NCBI GenBank assembly: GCA_008369845.1
Contig: MRSU01007870.1
Span: 1-55,369, forward strand
Direction of reading: 5' to 3'
DNA length: 55,369 nucleotides
DNA from: Trichomonas gallinae
Taxonomy: Eukaryota
Part shown: positions 40,393 to 52,200 of the stretch, piece by piece
How the letters are laid out: the number at the start of each line of letters is the position of its first letter
Position numbering within the stretch: the stretch's first letter is position 1
Program-made: the position numbers and the translations under genes
Notes under the pieces: generated by a model
Seen by the model: only the letters and a program-made list of their open reading frames with translations
Database searches by the model: none
What the model was told of the DNA's origin: nothing

Positions 40393-40902
40393 TCACCAGA
40401 ACTTGGGGAGAGCTGTCGTAGATGGTGAGGTAAGTTTCTTAATTTCGGCGAATTTCTTAGAAACTTTGATATGGCTTGGGACACGCTCTGTTTCAAATGA
40501 GCGAGTCATAACAGCTCTGTTTAAGTAAAAGTTTGACTCTATCTTATTAAAATACTGATCTTTCAGTCTAACGCTTTCCAAAACAAGCGAATGATCACTG
40601 TCAGGATGGAAGCCCTGGGCCATGTTGAATCTCTTCTGAGCTTCATTAAATCTTTCTGGCAAGAATGAAGAACCAACGCTAATTGCCTTTGGCTGCCTGT
40701 TTGGTAACAAGTAGATGTGGTCGCCACTCTTAATACCATAAAATTGGAAAGAAAACTCACCAACAATAAGATGGTTATCGAAAACGACATTTCTTTTCTG
40801 TCCGTCCTTAACATTTGAGTCTAATCTCTTTATCTGATCATGAGGAGAGACGTGGATCTCCTGGCATGTGCCATCGCAGTCATGAACATATAAAGATAGC
40901 AT
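40393..40902 (-). CDS. Ubiquitin-like-domain protein
   Basis: N-terminal MLSLYVHDCDGTCQEIHVSPHDQIKRL...VVFDNHLIVGEFSFQFYGIKSGDHIYL fits a beta-grasp Ubl pattern; no di-Gly; ATG 40902 preceded by TCATT. Confidence 0.7.
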   Translation of the reverse strand: MLSLYVHDCDGTCQEIHVSPHDQIKRLDSNVKDGQKRNVVFDNHLIVGEFSFQFYGIKSGDHIYLLPNRQPKAISVGSSFLPERFNEAQKRFNMAQGFHPDSDHSLVLESVRLKDQYFNKIESNFYLNRAVMTRSFETERVPSHIKVSKKFAEIKKLTSPSTTALPKFW

Positions 40903-42454
40903 GTTTATAAAACAATGAATCAAGAAAATTTTTCCTGTTTGAATATTTTGAATAGTACTCTCACAATTTTTTGTGTACAGTAGATGGCCTATTTATATCA
41001 ATTCTAAACTGTTGTAAAATTTTTATATATGCTTATAACCATCTTCCAAGCTGTTTTATAACTAAAAAAATGTGTTGTAAAATGGAGGTTGTTTGCTGAA
41101 AAGTGAATCATCCCTAATATTTTAATTTTTTATTAACTTATTGATAACGATATATATATATTATAGAAATGATAAATTAACCTTAACCCAAAATTTGAAT
41201 TAAAATTTTCTCGAATTCGATTAGAAACCTGTTTTCTTCTGAAATTTATGCTATGTTTTGGAGAAGATATATAGCTATTCTCTTCTCCTTTATCCATATT
41301 TAATATTAGCAGTTCAATTATAAGAGGGGAGAACTGGAGGTTTATTTTTGCGATGATCGCTTGCTTGGTACCTAAAAGATATTGTATTTAAGTTTTCAAC
41401 GTTTTTTGATAAAAATTCAAAGAGAAATGTGTTCTGCGAGGTTCATTTTATAGCTGGCTTTGCAGAAATCACGTCTTCAAGTGATTTACATCATATTTTC
41501 ATCGACGCTTAGCATGTATGCAAATTACTGGCTTAATTTCTGCGATTTTGTTTATCCAAAAAGAAAATCCTCGTCGATTTGGATGAATTAGTTGATTATT
41601 CCTATGTTTCCTCGCTTTGGGAGAATTGAACGATATTTCTGTAACTGTATTCAAAAACTATAACGTATTTTATCAAAGATTATCTCCTTTTTGATTGGTG
41701 TGATTCTGCCGCATAACATCCTTCCCATATTTTGATATTTTGTTGCATAGCTATCGTATATGAAAATGAAAATATTTAATCGTATTAATTATAGGAATTT
41801 CCCATTTGAGGAATAATTATTTCATTAATGGAGCAATTCGACTAAGCAACTATATATCTGAGTGGCATAGTGTATCGATTTGCACACGACTTATCCACAC
41901 ATGTCGAGATTTTTGAGTCCAGAATTCTCGATCGATCAATAAAAAATGCCCTAGATCAATTTCCTTTATTATAGATGAGTATATAGCTGATATATTTTCT
42001 AGATTTCATCACTAGACCCTGTAGCATTAATAATTAAATTCCAAACAATTCTGCCAGGTGAATCGCGCTGAAATCCTTTAATGATTAACACACATATAAG
42101 ACAAGAATCATGAATCAAAAGGTAAACATGTGCATTAATTTAGTTAAGCAAAATGTACAACCAAATAACTCTCAAAAAATCCAAACTTTGAAAGGATCAC
42201 TCTGAATCAGAAAACCAAATATTTAAATAAGAGTGCCTAATATCTTCCTCGTTCTTCACGCGCGGCTAACGGATAAATCTCATGTTTTTATTTTTAATTC
42301 TGCCAATTCGTTAAGATTTTTGCAAACGAAAAATTCTCTTATCGTATTATAAGGGAATAAAAGTAGAAATGTGTTCGACAGCTCATAGTTAATCATTATT
42401 TAAAACCAGAATTGGTAGTTCATGAAATTTTATAAAATTTATAAAAAATTTGCT

Positions 42455-43180
42455 CAAAATCAACGTTTCAAAGTTGATATAAAATATATAAACCAAAAAT
42501 AACATAAATATTTTATTATTTTTGTTTGAAACAATTAATTAAAATGTTATGGAAATAAATATTGCGTTGTAATTCAAATTGTTCAGGAACCATGAGTATT
42601 TATATGATAGATCGCACGTAAAACGAAAGCATATACAAAGAATATGCTAGTGTTATAAGTGAATATTTCTATTGCATAGAAATTTAAAGATTGTCTCAAA
42701 ACCTGCCTATTTATGCATGTAACATGACAAATACTGTGCTATCATGCAGTATTTAACATCAAAAACATATATTTTTACCCAAATTATCATATCTCATGCA
42801 CACATTTGTCAGATTGTAAAATTATGTAGTATGTAAGCAATTTGTTCATGAAACCCTTCCATAAATAAGTTAAAATTGCATATTTACCCTAAATTAAATA
42901 CATGATTATATAAGTGATAGATAGCACGAATTATGTTTGTAACAACTGGTAGCATGAAAAAAAAAACAGAATAATTTAATTGATTTTATAGAATCCTAAA
43001 AATATTAGCGTAAAATCAGTATTTCAAAGTTGATATAGATTACATATAGCAAACTTAATATAAATTGCTTATTACTCATGCTCAAAACCATGAAATATAA
43101 TATTTTGGAAATAAATATTGCGTTGGGAGGCAATTTGATCAAGAATTATGGTTATTTAGATGATTGGTAGCACGAAAATA
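42455..43180 (+). repeat. Degenerate direct repeat, two ~170-bp copies offset by 556 bp, with partial copies between
   Basis: TTTCAAAGTTGATATA at 42466 and 43022; GGAAATAAATATTGCGTTG at 42551 and 43107; TGAT.G.T.GCACG at ~42605, ~42915 and ~43161. Confidence 0.7.
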
Positions 43181-43259
43181 GAAAATAAATACATTGATTG
43201 TAAAATCGAATCTAAACTTTCTCTGTTTACGAAAATTTAAAATTCTCGTTTAAAAATTT

Positions 43260-46200
43260 ATGTCTGCTATTTCCGATCATAAGGCCCGAAACCATAGTCG
43301 AAGTGACAGTGGAAGCGTAGGTTCTTCTAATTCACACGTTTCTGTGCCTGAATCGATAAGTATTTCCGCTAGATCGAATTTGGATTCCAGCTTCCAGTCT
43401 CCAATTTTCGATTCTAGCAGCAAATCATCAAATAAAAACAACGAACAAGCAGATTTTCAACTAATGACAATCGATGAATCGTTTGATTCCGATGACTTAA
43501 TTGAAATGAAACACAAATCCGGAAAGAAAAAGACAAAAACACCAATAGAATCACCAGGATCTGTTACTTCACTAACAAGCTTGCAAACAAACTCGAAAGA
43601 ATTCGATCAACAAAGTTTATCTAGCGTAAAAAGCCTCAGACCTAAAAAGAAAATACGAAAAACTAAACCTGTATCAGAGCAGACTGAATCAGTTAGGCAA
43701 TCTCAGCCAAATACTGATCCTTTCTATTCTGTATCAACGATGGATGACTTTGATGATAAAAAATCAGTAAAATCAAACAAATCAGGCAAATCAGGAAAAC
43801 AAAAGAAATCAAAATTACCACATCCTCCCAAATATATCAAAGAAAATATTAATATTGATCCTGACATATTTGAATTCGATATTACAAAATCATCCACAGT
43901 GGCAGTCAACGATTACCTTATAGAAAGAAGTGTTGGATCAAAAGGGAGTTTTCCCAAAGAAAAAGGCTTACTTTCTTCAGATTTAGAGCTTGATATGACC
44001 GGCGATGAGTCAAACAAAGGCACTAAATCATTTGTTAAGTCTTATTTAGGAAATAGAAAGCCAAAAAATAATCAAAAACAAACTAAAAAGTTTAATGAAG
44101 ATAATTCAGATCTTCCACCAACTACAATAGAATGTGAAGAAGATATCGGAACAACAAAAAGTCTTCGACCAAAGAAATCTAAAAATTTCAAAAATCGTGT
44201 TGACTTTTATAGCGGAGCTGGAGATAATGATAGAGACTCTCTCAGGACAAAAGGATCAAAGCGACGCATTTCAGGTAATGATGACGAAGATTTTGATGCA
44301 AATTCAGAATTAAATTCGCGAAATAAATTAACAAAACCAACGACAGACGACAATAATTTGACACTCACATCTAAAAGAAATAAATACAGTCAGATAGACG
44401 ACGAAAATAATCAAATTTCGGAATTAAAATCAAAATCGCGTGGAAGAAGACAAACAGATGGTAATGAATCATACACATTAAATACACGCAAAGGGATCTA
44501 TAACAGAGCAGATGATGAGTTTGATGCAAATTCTGATTTACAATCACTTCGCAGAGGAATGAGACCAACTGCGGATACTTATGACACAACATTAAAATCA
44601 CGCAGAGACTCTTATAATAGACAAGAAGAAAATAATGATGATAATGACTTAACTACTCGAAAGAATTCATCAAAATTAGCACTGAATTCATCACAAACTT
44701 CATTTAATTCGTATTTGAATACAAGAAATCATCCGTCTCAAGATTTTTTAGCTGGTTCAGAATTAGATTCGAGAAAAAGATTTACAGATTCAACACCAAG
44801 CTCACTATACACAAATGCAAGAAATAAAAAGCCGTCATTGTCTGAAATCGGCCCATATTCAGAATTAATTTCAAGAAAACAAGGTTCTTTGACAACCCCG
44901 ACAGATTCCAAACAGAATTCGTTATATACTAATGCTAACAAATACAATCAGCCTGATGATGACTTTGATGTTGATTCTGATTTAAAAACTCGCGGGCAAA
45001 TAGCAAGACAGGCACCATCAGGTGATCCAACTACTTTGGCATCACGTAGATATAAGAATTCTAAAACTCTGGAGTCTCCAGTTACTACAGAATTAAATTC
45101 GAATTTGCGATCACAACAATCGAGAAGTGAAACAGAGAATCATACATTAGCATCTAGATATAAACCAGCTACAAACGAGAATGACACAGATAATCAATCA
45201 ATTAGAAGCCATCAAATTGCATTTGCCGCAGATGATGATGTTTCAAGGTCAACGCTTAGAAGTATGCAACAGAATAGCACTACAGGGAACTTTGACACTC
45301 TTGGTTCCTTAAATACTATACAAAGATCTCCAATTTCTTCAAAAGACGGCGAATCTATTGAAGATCTGCGATCTCTTAAGAATAGAAACATCAACAGATC
45401 ATCAGATATCAACAATAACAGCTTAAATACATTACAAAATGCAAGAAATAAAGATTCAATTAATTTCGATGCCGGATCTGAGCTAAATTCAAGATTATCT
45501 AGCAAAGGAAAGAACAAATACAGCGAACCAAGCTCATTCGAACTATCTACAAAGATTGGCTCATTAAACAGAACTTATCAGACAACAGATTCATCTCTAA
45601 ACACTAAAAACAGACAATTAGCAAACATAGAATCATTCGATGCTGGTTCTGAGATCAATTCGAGAATTGGTGACAACAAATCAGTCCCCTATGATTACAC
45701 AAATTCGACTTTACACTCAAACATGCGCGCAGACCATAAATCAGTCGATAACTCATCATTCGAACTTAACACGCAAATCAAATCCCAAATAGCACCAACG
45801 ACAGAGGAAGCATCGACATTATGCACTATAAATGGAAGCCCAAAATCTAAGTACAGCGAGATCAACTTTGATGCTGGAAGCGAGTTAAATTCGAGGTTGA
45901 ATCTCGTTGGATCATCGAAGGATTCATACGGAGGATCAACACTGGCATCTCCCAATCAGTCATTTTCGAATGAAACTGACCAAACGATTGACTTAAGAAC
46001 ACAGCAGAGAACCATAAAATCATTTAATGAACCAACAGATGACAAAACACTTCAGTCAGTTCACATTGAAAATTCAAGTTCATCGATTGACTCATTCGAC
46101 TCTATTTCGTTCGAAACTAATCCAGACACAGAGTCAATACACGCGAAGAAAACAGTTTTCACGACTGATTCGAACAAATCAAGTCTCTACACATTCACTA

Positions 46201-49200
46201 AATACAAAGCTGACGCTACTTCACTCGCTGGCTCTGAAAGGTCGATAATATCAAGGCAGCTTTACAACACAAGCGACACAATAGGAACAAGCGATGACAC
46301 GTTAGGAACAGTTGTTAGATCAAAGGCAACAACAACATCAACTAATATAGGTGACACAGAACTCAACTCGTTTTTGGTTAAGAATTCTAAAGAGTCAGAT
46401 AATGATTCTCAGTCATTGATTACTAATGCTAAAGAAGATGAATCCTCAAATTCAGAAAACAAATCTACTTCTTCTCTTAATTCAAGGAGATTCAAAGAAA
46501 AGCAGAATGAAATGGAGAGAATGTTGAGCGAACTTTTGGAATCTATTGATACCGACGTTGATGCTCAAACAAAGAGAAATTCAATCACTGTTGTCACTGA
46601 CACAATAAGTGTTGGAACTTACAGATTCGCCAGAGGAACATCGAACGAATCAAGCGACGAAAAAGACTCGATGCTCACAAAGAAATCAAGCACGAGCTCT
46701 GATTACGAATTTATCTCGTCAGATTCATCTGATTCTTCAATGGAAACCAAAGACAAGTACAAGCCGAGACTCAGAGATTCAACATTCGGATCAGAGTCTG
46801 CGTTAATGACAGCAATATCAGAGAAGAGTGGACCAAGAAGTAAGTCAACATTAACAGCTGATATTTCTGTGAATTCTCGCGCATTTGACAAACCGTCGTC
46901 GACAAAAACAAGCTCGCAACAAATCAACAGCTTGTTGACAAACACAATGAGCACATACGAGGATTCATCTTCATCTGTAGATGAGGATTCTCCATCAATA
47001 GTGACTATGAGGAGAAAGAAGAAGCCATCAACCGGTTCTACTGAATCAATAAACATTTCGACAGTAATATCTGAGAAATCGTCACTCACCGATTCCGAGT
47101 CTATTGACATGACTATTAACTCCAACAGACATTCAAAGGCCTCATCTTCTACAAAGTCTAGCTCTGACTCAACTATGTTAACAGCTGTTAGCAGCGAGTA
47201 TTCATCACTAAGTATGAACGAAGACACAGATTCAATCGTTTCAATGAAGAGGAAGAAGAAAGCCTCAACGGTGTCATCAGACTTTGAGATTATAACAATC
47301 AATTCATCAGACAGTGATTCATCAAACTCCATCAGTGATGTTGGAACAATCAACTCAAATGCTTTCAGCAAATCATCAGAAACAAAGACAAACACTAGCT
47401 CAAGATTCAACTCATTAATGACAGGCGCAACATACGATGAAATGACAAACACAGATTCATCAACACAGTCGTCAATTGTTTCATTGAGAAAGAGGAAGAA
47501 GAAAATGACAACACCAGAGCCTTCAATTAACATCACAACTCAGCATGATTCATTCATGTCTGAGAAATCATCTGCTTCCACAACAAATGATACAATTAAT
47601 TCTGTCAACCATAAATCAGTTTTATCTTCAACTAAATCGGTTTCAGCTGAAAACACATTGCTAACAAACAACTCATCTGAATATGACTCACATTCATATG
47701 CATCGAACAACTCGTCAATGGTTTCAATGAAAGGAAGGAAGAAGAAAAAGAGGAGCGACACAGAATCAACATTGGATGTCACAACGCAACACTCCATGTG
47801 GAATTCGAACGTTTCTTCTGGCTCTTCGACAGTTGACACAATTAACTCTGACTATCATAGGGCTGACTCTAAGAATGAAACAAGATCTAGATCAGATATC
47901 GACGAAACTCTCAAAACGGGACAATCATCGTCATCATATTCCAACACAATTTCATTTGACACCGATTCATTGTCGTCTACAAGAGGAAGAAAGAGAGTCA
48001 AGAAAGAAAGATCCGAGTCACTCAAAGATATCACTACAAATAATTCTCTTTGGGTATCAGAAGTATCTGCGAAAGATGTTATGTCATCTGTTCCTGAGAC
48101 ACTCAATTCCGAAGGTTTCTCCAAGATGCATTCTTCAATCGCGACAAGAGAGGAATCTGTCGAGAACGAAAATTCTGTTCACACAGTCAAAGCAAGAGAA
48201 CTTGAATCATCATCGAATACATCTGGAATCGATTACAGCTTCAGTTTAGATTCGACTAGACCAGGCTTGAGAAAGAAGAAAGTTGATGTTCCGGAATCAA
48301 CAATCAGCATCATGACAACGCATTCCAACTGGAATCCTTCAACTACTTCAACAATTACCGACGAAGATTCTAGACTTTACACTCTCAATTCAAGAATCGA
48401 AGATGAGCCTATTTCACAAGCTTACACGATTGATTCGCACAGATCAATCAACGAAAATAAGATGTCATCCGTTGAAACTGAGACAGCTACATTCGACTCG
48501 AGTGATTTCAACAGCCAGAACAGGCCGAGAAGGAAAGTTGATGAATCTGATGTCTCGAACTCATCAATTATTGGCGATATCATTTCAAAGAGAGCCAATA
48601 GATTCGAAAATAAGTCAATGCCAGAAACCGACGATGTCTCATTGACAATTAATTCAAAGATCGGCGAATCATCAATTGAAACCAACACATCAACTGCTCC
48701 ATCAATTTTAGAGCGCAATGTTTATGGCGCCGAGTCTTCTCTCGCTGGAGATTCAAGTGCATTCTTGGATTCAGAGTACAGGAACCTCAACGATGACTCA
48801 GAGCAACCGTTAATGATGTCTGAATCAGAGTCTGTTGTTTCCGATTACAGAAGGAAAGCTAAAATACACGAAAGAGAAGTTTTGGAATCAGGAAGCTCAA
48901 TTCCAGAAACTCTTGCTTCAGAGCCATTGTTCCAGTCATCAGCCTGGGAATTCGACTCAGATTACGTCGACAAACAGCCGGATAAAAGATTCGAAGACAA
49001 TTACCAATACAAAGACAGGACATACAGATATACAAAGAGTCCTATGGAGATAGAATACTACGAAAGAATCCAGGCACAGTCGATGAAATCAATAAAGCGC
49101 GGAATAGATTTCTTCTACTCAGATTCAGAAACACTCGAATCTGCAGCATCTAAGTCCAGCAACTCTTCATCAATGTTCACGTTGATATCTGATGTACCAG

Positions 49201-52200
49201 AATCTATTCAAAACGGCGAATCAACTGTTAGATCAATTAAGAGCGCAAAAGATAATAGGCTTCCACCCGAGAATCATTCTGTTACTACTTCAGAAGCTTC
49301 TCTGACTATTCAGTCTGCTCGTGCTCATGCAACTGATTCAACAGAGACAGCAGAAACATCAGTTAACACAGACTTCCACAAAGAGCCATTCCAGCACAAC
49401 ATCAGTGTTTCAACGCAAGACACATTCACCACTGATCACAGATTTGACACTTCTGTTTCTTTTGGTTCGATGATAGACGATATCTACTCCAAGGTCAAAT
49501 ATGCAAGTGAGACACGTGAGTCTACAGCTAACTCAATTGTTACCTCAAATCCAAGCCAAGAATTTGAGATCACGGACTCATCTATGCTCGGCGATCTCAA
49601 TTCAACAAGATTGCAACCAAAGCGTAAATTAATTAACGCTAATCAGCCAAGTGAATCATCTGTTGCACTTACAGCACCAAGCTTCGACACAATCACTGAC
49701 ACGTCTGAATCTATTAAGCCAAGTGTCACGTTTAACATTACAAGCAAGATTGATGAAAGTGAAAATACAGCAACGCAGGCGAGCCAGGAAACATCGATTT
49801 CATTGGTTTCGAAGAATCCAGAAGAGATCGATCTCAAGAGCAGCCAGCTTTCCATCAGGACAGCACGCAGCAAGAAAGACAGCGAACTTTCGCAACAGAA
49901 TGCAAAAGAAAGAAGTATTACTGTTACACTGGATGAAGAATTAGATGACACTCTCGTTTCTATGGAATCAACAACATTAGACGAAAACTTAATCTCGAAC
50001 CCTGTCAATTCTTCGCTCAAAACTATATCCGAGAAACAATTCAAGCATCATAGAATTCCTAAAGTCGAAGAATTGCAAAAAGATAAGACAAATCTCTTCG
50101 ATTCCGACTCTTCATCTTGTGATCAGCAAGTTAAAGAGAGAAACATTTTCATTTCATCACAAATGTCAGGCAAATCTCTTCGTGGCAGGTTTAATTCAAA
50201 CACTGAATCGGTTTTGGATGACGATACATTATTAACAGACCAAATGCTTCCAAGCCAGCTCGTTTTCCGCTCTTCCATGCTTGAGTCAGACACAATTAAC
50301 ATCAGATCATCCAACTTCAAGCACTCTATCAGCGATCTAACTAAATCCATCAACCTGACAACAGATACGTTTTCAACAACAAGTGATATGTCAAATCTGC
50401 CAATGGAATCATTGAGCACAAGAAATTCTTCAAAACGTTCATCGAAATATCTCACTGAAGATGAATCACAAACACTTGAGTCCAAACTCAATTCGAGCGA
50501 AATGTTTGAGGCACCAATGTCTTCAACATCAGCAATGTTTTCGAACAAATACGTGCCGAAGAACAAATTTATCGTATCAGAACCAGAAACATCAGAGTCG
50601 AATCTCATGACTCAGTCTTTCACTACAGAAACATCTCTGGCTGATTTCGACTCATTAACATCTGATGCTCCAACAATTAAGAAGCGAAAACTTTCATCCG
50701 GCAGCGATGATGGTGAATTAACATCTAAAGCACACACAATAGTTTCTACGTCACCGACACTCCAAGATCCATGCCTAATGTCAGACATCAAATCCGTTCA
50801 AGTTCCTAAAGAGAGGAATATTTCACACGCAAATACAGCTACAACATCCACAAAGAACTTCAGTCTTGCCACTGAATCCACAACAGTTGATGAGTTCAAT
50901 GATGAAGTTTCCGAACTTCACTCAGAAGTTCTACCTGTTAAAACAAAGAGCGTTCAGTCAGACTTGACCAAATCATCTTCATCAATTATATCAAGGAAAG
51001 ATAGAAATATCAGCATCGGTAGTATCCCTGAAGACGAATTAACTCTTGAAGAAGCAAGCGAAAGAGAAATTCAGTCCAGAACTCTTAATTTCGCCAATAA
51101 ATATTCATCGTCAGCTTCATCGTCATCTACTCAAAAGAAAGACGTTTCCCTTAGGACAAATTCCGATCTGTTTGATGATGATGCTGACACACTATCAACA
51201 TCATCAGTTAAAACCGCTGCTTCACTTAAGAAACAGAAAATCAATAACGATGATGAACTTTCAACATTAGCATCAATGTCTGACAGCGAAACTTTATCTG
51301 ACACCAACGAAAATGATTTGATGTACTCTCACGCTTTGGAATCTCTTCATTCTCAGTCAGTACTTGCTAGACAAGCATTATTAGAGTCATCAAAGTCCAA
51401 GGAAATGGGATTGACAACACAAACAAATTTCGAAACAGCAACAATGGATGAAACAGAAGACATTAAGACAAATATTACACAAAAGAATGCTGTCAATGAT
51501 TCTGAGACGGGCACAGTTACTTTACTGTCTGATAAAGACAAAGAAGTTTCAATTTCAACAGCTGATACAATACAATCTAAAGTTACTCCATCAAGAGCCA
51601 ATTGGGATTCTGATGAAACAACTACTGACAACGATCAATCAAATCTAATTTCTCAATCAGAAAACCAACCAGCGTCTTCAACAACTACCGCAGAATCAAT
51701 TTCTACAGTCAAAGAAAGAGTTTTAGCAGTTGCTGACAGTGAAACAGGCTCAGCAACATTTACATCAGAGAAAATCAAAGAAACTACAGAAACAGAAAAA
51801 GGGGAAACTCTTCAATCAAATATAAATGTCAACGCGAAGAATTTCGAGTCATCGTCAACATCACAAATTCACTCGCAATCAGAGACAGAGAAATCATCAT
51901 CTACTGTTACAGAATCAGATGTTCACTCATTAGTTGAACAAAAGAAGTTCGTTGCGGATTCTGAATCAAACAATGACACTCTTGTTTCAAACAAAGATTT
52001 ACAGACAAACAATTCTGTTTCTGTAGACTTCAAGTCAATGTTTTCGAACCAATCAGAAAAACTAGAAACGCAGACATCAGAAGCATTAAATCTTGCAAGT
52101 TTGTCTAATTCAGGCTATAAATCTGAGTCTCAAAATCTCACAGACATAAACAGTAGATTGGAGACCCCGAAGTTTGTGGCTGATTCTCAGACAGGAAGTG

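Noticed and set aside
40215..40496. 93-aa ORF and similar AT-rich spacer ORFs (2006-2269, 7362-7649, 23208-23492)
   Set aside because: Ile/Phe/Tyr/Lys-biased translations of AT-rich UTR or spacer DNA with no domain signal.
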